Shown here: positions 11,613-24,734 of the stretch, piece by piece
Position numbering within the stretch: the first letter of the stretch is position 1
How the letters are laid out: every line of letters starts with the position of its first letter
DNA from: Trichodelitschia bisporula
Taxonomy: Eukaryota
NCBI GenBank assembly: GCA_010356995.1
Contig: ML996695.1
Location: forward strand, 257,061-321,060
Length of the DNA stretch: 64,000 bases
Direction: 5' to 3'
Program-made: the position numbers and the translations under genes
Notes under the pieces: generated by a model
Database searches by the model: none
What the model was told of the DNA's origin: nothing
What the model saw: the letters and a program-made list of their open reading frames with translations, nothing else

Positions 11613-12515
11613 CTAGGGGTTGCCATAGGGAGACGAACTAGATGCCATGCCAAGTTTGATCGTGGCGACAGACATCCAGGAAGTAGTTGGAGAAGGAGAA
11701 GGATGGGAAGGCAGTGTAATCCTGAAGGTAGTAGCGGGAGCAAAGGTCGGAATAGATGGAGGAGGAGCACCTGGGATAAGCCTAACAGTGAGCGTGGAAC
11801 CCACGCCTGCTGCGCTTGGATTGTCAGTGGTGGTGGCCGTGATCCGGGTCGTGTGGGTACGCTTCGGTGGATGGGAAAAGCTGCTGTCGTTAAGTGTGCC
11901 AATGCAAGGTACTGGTCCCCAGGATGAGACTTCTGGAGAGGCCAGAGCCTGAGACGCCAACGAGGTACCCACGAAGGAGTATGAATCCAGCGACATTGAC
12001 AATAGTGCTGTCAATGTTAGATTTTCTGAGGATTGTGCTGTCGACGATAGTGCTGTCGATGTTAGACTTCCTAAGGATTGCAATGTCGCCGATAATGTTG
12101 ACGATGTTAGATTTTCTGAGGATTGCAATGTCGCCGATAATGTTGACGATGTTAGATTTTCTGAGGATTGCAATGTCGACAATAATGTTGTCGATGTCAG
12201 ATTTCCTGAGGATTGCAATGTCGACAATAATGTTGCCGATGTCAGATTTCCTGAGGATTGCAATGCCGACGACAGTGCTGTCGAGGTTAGATTTCCTGAT
12301 GATGGTGATGTCGGCGATAGTGGAGTCGGCGAGGAGTTCCCTCGCGTTAGCGTTGCGGTCACGCTACGAGATGTTGTGGTCCGCGTCCAGTTGGAAGTTG
12401 GGCTGGCTGTACTCGGTCCCAATGAAAATTCCGAGGATCCAGTACCTTGGAAAATTATTAAAGGGTCCAAGGTAAGAGTGAGAGTGATTACCACCGGGCT
12501 CAGTGACAGGTACAT
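11613..12515 (-). CDS. Ser/Thr-rich mucin-like protein with 15-aa tandem repeats
   Basis: Open frame 11613..12569 with first ATG at 12515, a hydrophobic N-terminus, and 7 copies of SSGNLTSTTLLSTLQ-like units. Gene boundaries uncertain. Confidence 0.5.
   Translation of the reverse strand: MYLSLSPVVITLTLTLDPLIIFQGTGSSEFSLGPSTASPTSNWTRTTTSRSVTATLTRGNSSPTPLSPTSPSSGNLTSTALSSALQSSGNLTSATLLSTLQSSGNLTSTTLLSTLQSSENLTSSTLSATLQSSENLTSSTLSATLQSLGSLTSTALSSTAQSSENLTLTALLSMSLDSYSFVGTSLASQALASPEVSSWGPVPCIGTLNDSSFSHPPKRTHTTRITATTTDNPSAAGVGSTLTVRLIPGAPPPSIPTFAPATTFRITLPSHPSPSPTTSWMSVATIKLGMASSSSPYGNP
12001..12302. repeat. Coding minisatellite, 45-bp unit, ~7 copies
   Basis: GT(T/C)AGA(T/C)TT recurs at 12016, 12061, 12106, 12151, 12196, 12241 and 12286 (exact 45-bp period). 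Confidence 0.92.
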
Positions 12516-12903
12516 GGTGACGACAACGGAGACCGGTCCGAACCTGTAGGGCTCGAAAAATCGGTTCAAAAGTGAAATAGAACCTACGGCATGTGTACTT
12601 AAGTATTAAGTATCCATCATGATTCACTGGGGACAAAGCTTTGATTGTTTTGAGCCGCCAGGTTGTCTTCAAGGCAACAATGGTCTCCTTTGTTTGATGT
12701 CCCGCACGTTGTCAGTCGAGGTCTTCCAGAATACAACATTGTCTGTACATTACATCATCTGTAGATGGCCAGCAAACTAATGGTCAAAGAGCTATCAAGT
12801 GTGTAGACATTCGTCTGCATCTTGATGTTGACCGGATGTCGAGGATGAAGTCGAAAAATAGTTGGCATGTGACTTCGAATGCCTCAAACAATCCAAGGCA
12901 CCC

Positions 12904-12911
12904 CTCATCGC
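12904..12911 (-). promoter_or_regulatory. PAC-like element (GCGATGAG) upstream of RRP12
   Basis: CTCATCGC lies ~105 bp upstream of the RRP12 ATG. PAC is the known ribosome-biogenesis regulon motif in yeasts. Confidence 0.45.
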
Positions 12912-13015
12912 CAAGATCCACGCGGGTGGGGACTGCCCTAGTGTAATCGATAACGAAGTGGAACTTTTCGTTGTCACTCAACTTCAACTTCCCAAAGAAA
13001 TAAACCCCAGCAATC

Positions 13016-16000
13016 ATGTCGCTTCAAGAGAAGCTGGAGAGGATTCGCTCCTCACCGAAGCTTCAAAATCAGCAGGAGGTAGTTTTAGGCCTTCCAGATT
13101 TGACGAAAGTGCATCAGGTACTAACTATGCCGTTATCAGACTCGAGTTGTTCTCTCCGCCGTGGAAGACACTCTGCGCGACCAGAAATCCGAATTCACGC
13201 CTACGGCATATTTTGCGGCGCTGTTGTCCCTTCTGAACCAGTACATCTCCCCCGCAAAGGGCATAGTCAACAAAGATGTTGCGACGGCGGTAGTTTACCT
13301 TCTGGATCTCGTCACACCAGATGTCCCCGCTCCGCTCCTCCGCTCAAAGTTCTCGCAAATCTTGCAAAACCTCGCGGCAGCCCTCACGTGGCAAGAGGCG
13401 GACGCTCCTCTAATACGCGCCTCAATTGGCTGTTTGGAATCCCTTCTCGTAGTCCAGGACGCGCAGGCGTGGGCGTTGCCCACATCCCAGATCAGCCCTC
13501 GTCGCGCCGTAGCTGGACTCCTGACGATCGCGGTGGACCACAGGCCCAAAGTTCGCAAGCGAGCGCAGGATGCGATCTACAAAGTCCTTAAGAGCGCACC
13601 TCCGAGTCCTGCCTTGGATCACCCGGCAGCAGACATGTGCGCTGAGACGGCGTTGGTAGCCCTCAAGGATGGCGTGGCGGCAACGAAAGTGACAAAAAAG
13701 CACTCGCACAAGGACGCCAACCACAATGCGCCGAATCTGATACACGGCTTGCAGTTGATCAAGACGATCGCAAATGCCTCTGGGGGTTGGCCGAGCCGGA
13801 AAATGGACTCACTGTGCGAGACGCTCTTGGTCATTGCCAAATCGAGCAACGAATACCTCACAATGGCTGCATTTGAGGTCTTCGAATTGATGTTTGCTGG
13901 CTTGGCCGACGAGGTCTCGTCCGCGAAGCTTCCTCACCTCCTGGAGATAATCCAAGAGCTTCAGCCGTCACCAACCGATACGCAACTTCTGCCCCCGTGG
14001 ATCGCGGTGATATCAAGAGGGTATGATGTCTCGGCACAAGTCGAGCCGGTGGAGACTTTCCAGAAGCTTCCTGCGATCTTCGGGAAGATCTCGAAGTTCA
14101 TGAGCTCCATGTCGGAGAATATCCGTGTTTCCGCTTCCGAGTGCCTCGTGTCGTTTCTTGTTAACTGCATACCGACGTCGGTCATCATTGAGCCCTCGGT
14201 CTACGACGAGAAGATCATTGACATGCTCTCGAACAAGATTACAGACTTGCTCGGGGTCAAGTACCAGTCGGCGTGGCAAGAGGTGTTTCGTGTACTTGAG
14301 GCTTCCTTTGAGTCTCTACGATATCGTGCCGCTCCGCTTTTGTACACGGTGGTCAGGACGGTAGGAGAACTTCGCTCTCGAGACTCGTTCAATGGCAAGA
14401 AAGAGGCAGACGCCGTGATTGCAAAAGCGATAAGTGCAATGGGTCCGGAGTATGTTCTGGAAGTTCTCCCCCTGCACCTGGACGCAAGAAAAGGACAGGG
14501 CCGCGCTTGGTTGCTCCCGATCATGCGCGACTCTGTCCACAACACGAACCTTGCACATTTTCGCAAGGAGCTCGTGCCCCTGAGCGAGAAGCTCTACCAA
14601 AAAGTCGTGGATCATGGAAAGGCAGATAAGACGATGGAGATCAAGATCTACGAAACGGTGGTACAGCAGATCTGGGCGATTTTGCCTGGATACTGTGATT
14701 TGCCTCTGGATCTTACTTCCGTACGTCGTACCCTAAGTCGCAATTCATCTTCTAACCGGGAAGCAGTCCTTTGACCAACAGTTCGCGGAGCAAATCGCCA
14801 ATCTCTTGTACCAACAGGTTGAACTTCGGGCCGACCTCTGCCGGGCCCTTCAGAATCTGGTGGACTCGAATAAGAGTCTGATCTCTCTCAGCGCCGACGA
14901 CACCTTTGTGGCTCTGTCAAGAGTTTCAAAAGAGACTGCTGAGAAGAACATCCAACATTTGGGCACGTTAGCGAGCAACATCCTCGCCGTCTTGTTCAAT
15001 GTCTACAGCCAAACGCTTCCTCAATACAGAGCTCCGATCCTTCAGTCCATAAACGCATACCTGAGCATTACTCCCGAGAGTGAGCTTGGGGAAACTTTTG
15101 CGCGCGTGATCGACATGCTTGAAGCTTCGCTGGTAGAGTCCAGTGAGAAGCCAGCAGAGCAGAAGGGTAGCAAGATGCCGCCCATGAGCCAAACCCTGAT
15201 GGACCTGGTAGTAGCCATGTCCATTTACCTCCCGCGGGCAAGCTTGGCTCAGCTGTTCCGAATTGCAGCCGTTCTGCTCCATAAAGATGACGCAAACCTC
15301 CAAAAGAAGGCCTACAAGCTGATCCCTCGTCTGGCCGAGTCAGACATTGGAAAGGCAGCCCTGAAGGACCGATCTGATGAGCTCCAGAAAATGATACTTG
15401 ATTGTGCTGAGAAGACAACCACAGCAGCCCGTCGGGACAGACTTGGTGCTATATCTCAGCTTGTGGACTCCCTTCCAGACTCGGATCTTCACTTCATTCC
15501 TTCAATCCTGCCCGAGGTCGTCCTCTGTACGAAGGAGACCAACGAAAAAGCACGTACACTGGCATTTGATCTGCTCGTCGAAATGGGTCATAGGATGGAG
15601 CGCGGTGGATCAATCGATAATTCACGAATTCCTCACATGCCTGAAGAGGCGCCAACTGTCCCCGCTTCGCTGGAAGAATACTTCACCATGATGTCCGCTG
15701 GCCTCGCGGGTACCGTCCCTCACTCAATCAGCGCAGCAATCACCGCGCTGACCCGGATTCTGTACGAATTCCGACCGAAACTGTCACAGTCGACGGTTTC
15801 CGACCTAGTTGAAACCATGGACATATTCTTGAAGTCACCCAACCGGGAGATCGTGCGTTCCGTGCTTGGCTTTGTCAAGGTGTCCGTCATCAGTGTGGAC
15901 CAGAAGATCATGCTCCCGAGGCTCCCGACCCTCATTCCCAACCTGCTCAAGTGGAGCCATGAGCACTCATCTCATCTGCAAGCCAAGGTCAAGCACATCT

Positions 16001-16812
16001 TCGAGCGCATGATCCGTCGCTTCGGAGTCGAGATTGTGGAGAAGCACACCCCTCTTGAAGATCGAAAGTTGATCGTCAACATCCGGAAGACGCGTGAGCG
16101 AAGAAAGAAGAAGAAGGCCGCGGAAGACGACGAAGAAGGCGGGCAGCAAGCTGGTGAAAGGCAGAAGAAGAGCAAGTTTGAAAACGAATACGACGAGGCG
16201 GTGTATGGCAGCGACGACGGAAGCCACGAGTCTGGCTCTGATGTCAGCGATGACGAAGTTCTCGGCAGGAAGTCACATAAGAAGAAGCATGGCGAGACGT
16301 ACATCGTTGAGGATGAGGATGAGCCGCTGGATCTGCTGGATCGCAGGGCTTTGGGTCACATATCGAGCACGAAGCCGCAAAAAGCGAAGGCTGCGCCGAA
16401 AGAGAAGAGGAAGGCCAAGGTTGATGAGGACGGAAAGCTTGTCTTCAATGACAAGGAGGAGGCCGACGCGGAGATGGTCGACCTGGAAGCTGCTAACGCA
16501 GGCTCGTTGGAAGATGGCATCAATGCGTATGTCAACGCGATCAAGGGACGAGATGCTCCCAAGCGGAACCAGAGAGGCAAGATAAAGTTTAGCAACCGCC
16601 GAACTGCTGATGACGATGATGACGATGGTATGGAGGTTGACGAAGATGACCTCAGGGAAGGAGTGAAGAAGATAAAAGTTCGAGAGGGAGCCAAGCCGCG
16701 TGGCAGAGGTGGCATGCAAGCTGCTCGCATGCAGAGGAGAGGCCTGGGTGCTGAGAAGCAGAAAGGTAGTCAAGCCGTCAGGAGCCCAGGGGCAGGAATC
16801 AGGAAGCGTTAA
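13016..16812 (+). CDS. RRP12: Ribosomal RNA-processing protein Rrp12 (HEAT-like/NUC173), 3 exons (13016-13078, 13140-14720, 14767-16812)
   Basis: Motifs DHRPKVRKRAQ, GRAWLLP, QIWAILPGYCDLP, NREIVRSVLGFVK and IVEDEDEPLDLLD. Introns 13079-13139 and 14721-14766 restore the frame. Confidence 0.95.
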
Positions 16813-17036
16813 CCAATCACTGCCAGGCCATGCAGTATGTTACATTGTTAGGCACGTCATGACATCGGTACGTAGAGAATGGTAGCAATTCCCAAATTGA
16901 TTACATACACTTGCTGGTGCCTCGCAGAGGCATCATCTTCCGCGAAATATGTACTAGTGAAAAGTACCCCCCGATGGCTCCGAGAAGCGTAGCCTGGTCG
17001 TACATATACAAGTCTTCAACACCACCCGACCTCAAA

Positions 17037-17423
17037 CTAGGCCTTCGTACCCTTCCATGCTCCAGGAGGCGGCTGAGGCGAACCACCCCAAGCCCCAGGA
17101 GGCGCCGGAGCCTGGCCCCAGGCTCCAGGAGCAGGAGCAGGCGCTGGAGGAGCCAGAGGGTTGAGGAAGCCTGTTGGCTGAGGAGGCTGAGGCGCCTTCA
17201 CGGTCACGCCGGTGGGGCCCGCTTGAAACGAGCCCAAGAAAGGGTTGCCGACGGATACCGCGGGGCCGGAGGCTTGGCCGAAGGGCGTAGGCTTCGGCAG
17301 TGAGTAAGAAGCGCCGCTAGGGCCGACGCTGACGCTGCCGAGGAAGGGATTCCCGGCTTGGATGCCGACTTGGGGGGCCGCGAGGGCGGTGGTGAGGAGG
17401 AGGGCGACGGTGAGGAGCTTCAT
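17037..17423 (-). CDS. Small secreted Pro/Gly-rich protein with internal repeats
   Basis: Signal peptide MKLLTVALLLTTALAAP, two GNPFLGSxxxGP repeats and three PGAW repeats, single exon. Confidence 0.8.
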   Translation of the reverse strand: MKLLTVALLLTTALAAPQVGIQAGNPFLGSVSVGPSGASYSLPKPTPFGQASGPAVSVGNPFLGSFQAGPTGVTVKAPQPPQPTGFLNPLAPPAPAPAPGAWGQAPAPPGAWGGSPQPPPGAWKGTKA

Positions 17424-19185
17424 GGTGGGAGTGAGGGAGGTTGTTGGAAGCCGGTTGGAGGCTGGAGGTTTGGCTTGGGGTGAGGCAGATTAAGCCTGAA
17501 AGAAGGTAGGTTGGAGTGATGAATGACTCGGCGTTGACTGTGAATTTTCGATGGCCCTCTGTATCTTGCAGGACCTATCTCCTTAAATACAAGTATGGCG
17601 ATCATGTTAGTCCGTGGCATGATGCAATCCCCAAGCATAAACTTCGTCACTTCGCAATTTCAGAGGCTCAATCTCCACGGACAACATCAGAGCTCAGGTC
17701 TGATGTAGACTCGAATAATGGCAAATTGCACGGAGAGGTGGTGTGCGTTCAAAACGGGTGAGGACCTGTCATGACGTCTGTGAGCGACAAGCTGAGTCCC
17801 GGCTTTCTTTGAAATGGTGGCTGCGGAACACTTTGTTACCTCAAAGCCGATTCGCCCGTCCATTGATGAGTGGTGTCTTTCTTGTTGGCTCTGGCCACGG
17901 ATGTCCGGCAGTACATTACCTGTTAATGTAGCGGGCCCATCATTCATCTAGAGAACCGCTCGAACGGTCGTGACGAGTCCTTAAATTCTGAGCTACGGGT
18001 TCTAAAAAGGCCCTAAGAGCCTATCCAGCCCCAAAAACGGACGGAGATATCGAAGCCTAGACAAATTAGATTGCAGGCCACGAAACTGCAGCCAAAATAG
18101 ACGAAGGAGATGCCAGGCGTCCGGTCGGGCAAGAACGCGCGAGTGGAACCCTATGAATGCAATTCCTAAAGCTTTCAGGTAACTCCACGACGATCAAGCT
18201 CCTATTTGTGATGTGGCTGTTCGGTTTCATATGTCAATGTATCCTAGGCAGGTGCATGAACATCCATAAGCTGGGTCGTTACTTTTAACGGCGCAGACAC
18301 CCGCCCTTCTACACCAGCAGTATAAGGTGATCGCACTTTAGTTGTCGACACACCCAGTCAGTGAGAGTTTCCGTGAGAAGGGGTTCGAGAGGTTGGTTTG
18401 TGAATACCTCGGCGAACGTCAGATCAGCAGGAAATGTGCCGTTTTCCTTTGGGGCACAGACCGTCCCATAGGCTCGTAGATTGCGAGAATGAGCACACTC
18501 GCTTCAGGAACCAGATGCCGAACGAATTTGGTTCGATCTGCATATGTTGCGTCGTATCTTGCGGCTCATACCCTTTTCAATCAGTGTCGTGTGACATTTC
18601 TCATCTCAGACCTCGATGGGAGCTCCGAGATCTTTAACGGCTGACGCAATAGGACTGGCAGCAGGAAAGATCAACTGCTCGACAGATTCATAAGGCTGAT
18701 AGGTACTTTTCAGTTGCTTTAATTGGTAACCGCAGGCCTGGGTTGTCAACCAGTTCGGGGTCCGTCCTGAAGCCAAGGACAACTACCTAGCCGAAATTTC
18801 GGCAATGAACGTATGAAACGTGGTAGTCGACAACGGACGTACAAGTGCCATGGAAATGGTGTTTCAAGTTCAGTGTCCAAGTCCTGAAAAGTTCAACCTG
18901 AAGATACTGACAGGCTTTGGACGCGCTTCGGTCAGCCAGCTAGCTTGGGATCAGCAGGTTTCTGGTCACTTAAGGTTCTCGTATCCCGCCTGTTGTAGAT
19001 CGCGAGCCTCGTGCATCTGTTCTCAAATGTATTGAGAGAGTTCTGTTAATGCACTTTATGAGAAGTCTTGCTCGGACCGACGACACGTCGTTTGACAGTT
19101 GAACCCGCAGTCAGATTCACTACAGTCAAAGGAAACACAAGGTCCAGCATTTGACATGATCTTCAGTACTCCACGTTTTATGTAT

Positions 19186-19979
19186 TTATACAGATGGTGA
19201 AGACGCCAGAGTCGTTGAGGTTTGGACCGCATCTTGCGGAAGTGGAAGTGGGTCCTTACGTCTCGGCCGCAGGAGGTCTTCCTTTGTGACACCATTGTCC
19301 AGTTTGGTGATCCCCATGACGGGAGGATCGCCCTTCTTGACGAATTCCCACATACCTATTGTTGTTAGAGATACACGCGTCGTATACCACCATGCCGGAC
19401 TCACCTGGTAACTTATTCCCAGCGAGCCTGAACGCATCGCGCACAACCTGCTCATGCACATCTCCTGATAGCTCAAACACTACCCGGCTGACAGCAATTC
19501 TCGTAGCCCAGTGATCAAAGCTGCCCTTGCCCGTACCCATACGCTGGTCATTCCCGCTCTTGTACACGCCAATGTTTGCCGCAACGCGCATGAAGAGCCG
19601 ATACTTCATCCCACGCAACCTTTTCCTGATCGTGTCCTCGGCAATCTTTAGGTGCGCGGCGGAGATGCGGCGCCCGTGGTCGAGAAGTCGTATGCCGTAG
19701 TCGCCCCAGACAACTGTAGTTCCACGGGTCGACCCGCCTGTTGCGACACGCGGTCGGCCTTTGGGCGACTTAAACCTCTCGCCGGATTTGGGAATCAGCC
19801 AGTTCTGGAGGTGTGCGGAGGTCGAGAAAGGTTGGGCGCATGCCGCGGGTGTGAAGGTGCCTGTTTTCGTCAGAATGAGATTGCGGTGCAAATGCGCAGA
19901 CCATACCCCATGAAGTGCGACTGATTGTGGGCGCGAAGCCCAGCTGGGCCATCAAGCGACTACATAATCTTGGAGGCAT
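19186..19979 (-). CDS. MRPL16: Mitochondrial ribosomal protein uL16m, 3 exons (19979-19907, 19860-19405, 19355-19186)
   Basis: KGRPRVATGGSTRGTTVVWGDYG, RMGTGKGSFDHWA and AFRLAGNKLPG motifs. Canonical introns 19861-19906 and 19356-19404. Confidence 0.95.
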
Positions 19980-20361
19980 CGCAGCAGCAATGTGAACTGT
20001 GATGTCGAGGAAAGCTGGACATCAAAAAGGCCCAGGCAGCCAGGTCGAAAGCGGGCCGGCCCGGCAAAATGTTGATGCCTTTGGAAACCTGGGGCAGAAA
20101 TATCACCGGACAACGGCCTAATTTACGTTCCGCAGTTGATATTTAGCAGTTTGGTCACTTATCATTGCACGTTGCACGTTTAACTGAGATAAAAGTACAC
20201 TCTTACGACTAGTCGTGCGACATAGCTAAATAGTGTATGCTGAAACCTCACCGCCGAAGAACCCTCATAACAAACAACACTTGCGCTAACACTTCCGTCT
20301 CTCTCTAGTCTATGGCGTAATGCTAGAGCACTCTGTCCTAAGCTACCGGTGGCTGAACATC

Positions 20362-23300
20362 TTAGACAGGTGTTGCCCGGCTGAGTTGAATCAAGCGCTT
20401 GACTCCCACCTAAAGCAGGTTAGATTGGTGCTGAATAACTCGAGAGGCACATACCATCCAATCACTCCCTTCATCAGTCTTCATGGTCATAACACTCGTG
20501 AAAATCGCCTGCGCCTGATCATACTGGCGTTGCTGCAAAGCCTGAGCCAGTCCGCCCAGTTCGTCAATCGTATCGGCCTTGAGGAGATCTTCATTGTTCA
20601 GGTGATCAAAAAGAATGTTGAGACGTTTCTCGGTATCAAGAACATGAGGTCTGAACTGCGATGGAGCCTTGGCTTTCACGCGATTCATCTCAGTGTTCAA
20701 TATCTCAAACAAGGGCTGGGATGAGGCAGGGATATGCGACCGGTCCCCTTTCGCTGAAAGAATGTTAGATGGGATTGGAGGCGATGGGATCATGTACATA
20801 CGATGCTTTTGGTTGGACCCATCCGGCTTTTGGGATCCAGCTGTACCAGGCCGCGACTCGGACGCTTGCGGAGAGGGGAGCTGGACGGGTCCAGCTTTGG
20901 ACCTCACACTCGGAGGAGGGCCAGGAGGCGGAGGTTGGAAGCTTTGAGTCTTCGGCGGGGGAGGAGGGTAAGCGGACGTAGGCGGAGGAGTAGCGACGCT
21001 TGTCGGACCCGCTGGTGAAATGGTCGTTGGTCCATATGGACTCGGAGCGTACGAGCTTGAGGTCGGAGGAGGGGCAATGGGCCTAGCACCAGAAGGTGGT
21101 CCTCGCCCGGGCAGAGTAGCTGGCTGAGAGCCCGGAGCCGGGGCGTAACGACTGCTAGAAGGACCACCAGCGGGAGGAGGCTGGTATGGGGAAGGCCCTC
21201 TAGGGATCGTTGGTTGTGACACCGCTGGGAAGCTAGACGTAGAGGGCGAGTAGGGATTGAGGGCAGCAGATGATGGTCGGGAGTTGTTTTGGCTGGGAAC
21301 ACCCGTTGGCGGAGAAGTGACGCGGGCAGCACCAGCCTTGGGAGGAGGAGGCAGAGGAGGCGTGGCCCGCTGCTGCAACGAGTAGGGCGCAGTGATCGGA
21401 GGGGGCGGTCCAACGACCTGGCTGCCATAGGAATTTGCCACCGGAGCGGTCACCACGCTAGGAGTAGCTCGACGGGAGATAGGCTTCGGGGCAATCTCCG
21501 GGATATCGTTCCAGCTACTCAGGTTTTTTGAAGTTGCCGCAGGAGGGGGAAGCGGAGACTGGTTGGTGGCGCGAGGCGGTGGCTGGACCGCACTATACGG
21601 AGTTTGGTACCCACCGCTGTACAGTCCCGGGGACGGCCCAGTCGGGTAGCCTGGCGGCTGGTATCCAGTTTGTTGGGGTGCTGGATAGCCCGGCGGGCCA
21701 TAGCCTTGCCGCGCGCCTGGGTTCTGCGATGCCGGAGTGGGAGCTCCAATAGGGGCATACGGATTAGCCGCTGCAACAGGAGCAGACGCGGTCGAAGGTT
21801 GGGCGGATGGGTATGTGGGAGCAACACGCTGACGTGTAGTGGCACCTGAGGTTGCTGCTTGTTTCTGAGCAGAGGCGGTCGCGGAACGTTTGGCGGTAGC
21901 TTGCTTGACCCGACTCTTCGCTGATTCGGCAGCCGAGTATGCAGATGGCAGGAGGTCCAGATACCGCTCGGCAATGCTAAGTTGACCCTGCGAAGCCAGT
22001 ACATCCGAGTACTCGATATACTTGGCATAGAGCGGTTCGAGTTCCCAGCCAGAAGGCTTGGACAGATCTGCGTCCTTGAAATTCGTGACTTGACGGAAAA
22101 TCGTCACCTTCTCGATCAAGTCCTGAAGAGCCTTAGCGTGGATGGAATACGCGGATTGCCCTTCGCCGTCTTTCAGATCAGCGGCTTCGTGTTCCTGCAG
22201 CTGTTGGATCCAGTTCTTGATAACTTTCTGAAGCTTAGATCCGGCGAGATAACAGAACGAAGCATCCTTGCGGATCGTTGACTGATCGGCGCTGCTCGGA
22301 ATAGACTCTTCCAATCGATCACCGAGAGCTTCGCAGAGATCCGGAAACTCCTTTTCATCAGCAAAGGTGCAAAGCGTCGCCATGACCTCCTTCCAGTTTT
22401 TGATATCGGCATTATACACAACGTCCCACAGATTTTTACCGACAACTGAAGCGAGGAGACGCATGTAGTTGGGTCCATCTGATTGACGCTTGAAGTACGC
22501 AGCTTGAGCCTTGTCGATACATTTCTGACCACCGCAAATAGCGATCATAAATGCGTCGGAAAGCCGCTCTTCCTTCAAACACACTTCCAGAGCCTGGTCA
22601 AAATCTCCCAGCATAAGAGCTTTAGTGATCTTCCGGTCGGCGTCGGTCTCTGCGCCTGTGAAGATCTTGAAAGGATTATTGGTTTTAGCACCTTTAGTTG
22701 CGGCAAGATTCGAGAGAAAATTGTCGCCAGTGTCTGCATCGTCAAAGAAAGAAGCCTCATCCGCTGGCGCTGCTGCATCCTTCTCTTCAGTGCCAGACTG
22801 AGCTTCCACGTTGGTGTCCTTCGCAAAGCCGAGGTAGCCGATGAGGTTCTTCCGCGAGCCAGAAATGAGGGTTTCGATTACCGTCCAGTCCGCCTTCTCT
22901 TCCTCAGTCTCGGCCTCTTCGATTTTGGAGTCGCAGAATCCTGCAATGTCGCCCTTTTGCAGCACGTCCTCGAACTTCTGTGAAGCTTGGCCGATTGCGG
23001 AATCCGCCACGAAGGTAGTGATCGTAACCTTAGACAATCTCGACTTCTCATCCACAGGCCCCACTTTGACCAATTTCCCGCCAAACCCGAAAGTAGCACT
23101 GACGGGGCGCTCAAGCCACTTCGGAGCTACGGGCAGTGAGAACTCTGCACCCTGAGGCTGGCTCGGAGCCTTTGCAAAGAAGTCGGCTCCATCTAAGGCC
23201 GCTGCTTCAGAGGCCGCCGCTTTGCTGACATCTTTGTTAGTACTCTGAATTGTCTGTACCCCGATCTTGCCATCGAACGACGCCGTCGCGAGAAGGCTAG

Positions 23301-24344
23301 GGTGACGAGGGTTCCAGCTGGTTTGGAATGTCCAGTTGGTGACAATGGGGAATTCCCCAAAGGCCTCTCCGGTACGCGCATTCCAGCAGATCGTGCGGTT
23401 GTCTTTGCCGCAGGAGAGTAGAAGCCGCGGATCCTGAATGGACCAAGCCAATGAAAGGATGCCTTGATCATGGAGCTGTAATTTACGCTCAGGAGCGTTT
23501 GAGTTGCGCAAGTCCCACAGCAGGATAACCGGATCCTGGTCATTCGAGGTAGCGGTAGCAAGTTTGGTTGGGACTTCTGGATCCCACGCTATGGCGCTGA
23601 CAGCCTTCCGCCCCGAGTTGTTCAGAGTGAGACTCTCCCTCTTTGATTTGACATCCCAAACAGTAGCAAAGCCCCCGCTGCTACCGGTTACGAGGATATG
23701 AGGGACCTTCTTGTTCCAATCGAGAGCTTCAAAGTCGTCGGCGCGAAGCGAGGAGGTTCCAAGTCTGTAGGAGTTGCTCGCATTGTTCAAGTCGGTTACG
23801 TAGAGCTCTCCTTTTGCACCGGATGTCGCGAGCAGCTCATGCCGGAAGGGGTTGAACTGGAGGGCTTTGATTGCCCCAGTGTGCTTCGAGATCCGGGAGA
23901 TGTAAGAGTTTCTGCAAGTGGCCTTAGCTCATGTATATGGCGTATTTGGTATTGACTAACCCAGAGTCCGTCTGCAGCTTTTTGGCATCCCAAAGGTCCA
24001 GAGCACCGCTCTCCAACGCGCCAGCTATTATGCCACCATCGTGATCGTCCTGCGGCTGGCTCCAAGCAATGTCGTGGAATCTATGCAGCGAGACACCGTC
24101 AGCACGTTTCACCATATACTTTAGGGGCATCAAACCTGGAATCGGCGCTGATGCTTCCGACGGGCTGCAGCTCAACCCCGCTCTCAGGGTTACCAAGGTC
24201 AAGATTCCAAAGCTCAAGTTGGGTTTCGTTCGAGAAATCAGCATCGACAGCTCCCGCCTTGGTTCCCGTAGCTAGCAGAGGTGAAGTCGCGCCTGGGGAC
24301 CAGGCAAAGGCAGCTGTTCGAGGAACCTCCCGCAAGCGGACCAT
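20362..24344 (-). CDS. SEC31: COPII coat protein Sec31, 5 exons (24344-24136, 24080-23961, 23911-20802, 20753-20455, 20409-20362)
   Basis: [17 protein letters not shown] start, WD40 repeats, [14 protein letters not shown], Pro-rich region, and C-terminal [12 protein letters not shown]...WM|VGVKRLI. Confidence 0.97.
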
Positions 24345-24626
24345 TTTGGAGGTATAAACAGTGGAAACACAACGGTGTGGTAGGTGCGATAGCAATGAGA
24401 ACGAGAGTGGAATTGAAGGGCTTTGTATTGGTACAACAAGCGACCCTGATTTTGGCAGCTCTCAAGCTTCAGGGGCACGCAGGACACTTAGAGGTGAATG
24501 TGATAGAATGTGTGTCAAGTCCTACAACTGTGGCCATTACGTTCAGCAACTTGCGCCAGCGACCAGGAATCTTGGCACTGGAGCACTTCACCCCTGTCAA
24601 ACGCACGGGCTGAAAACTGTCCCCAT

Positions 24627-24636
24627 ATCACGTGAT
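24627..24636. promoter_or_regulatory. Palindromic E-box ATCACGTGAT in the SEC31/RRM divergent promoter
   Basis: Perfect 10-bp palindrome with a CACGTG core, matching a Cbf1-type bHLH site. Function is inferred. Confidence 0.4.
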
Positions 24637-24734
24637 GATAATTCTTTCCTCATTGAAGCAGTTGGACTTCGTTGCTACAGTCGGAAAACATTAAACATCC
24701 GGCAGACTCAACACAAACCCGCTGACAATCAGCT

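Noticed and set aside
11647..12475. Plus-strand ORFs over the 45-bp repeat, or a CRISPR-like array
   Set aside because: They are antisense shadows of the S/T-rich frame. The units are contiguous with no unique spacers, and the genome is eukaryotic.
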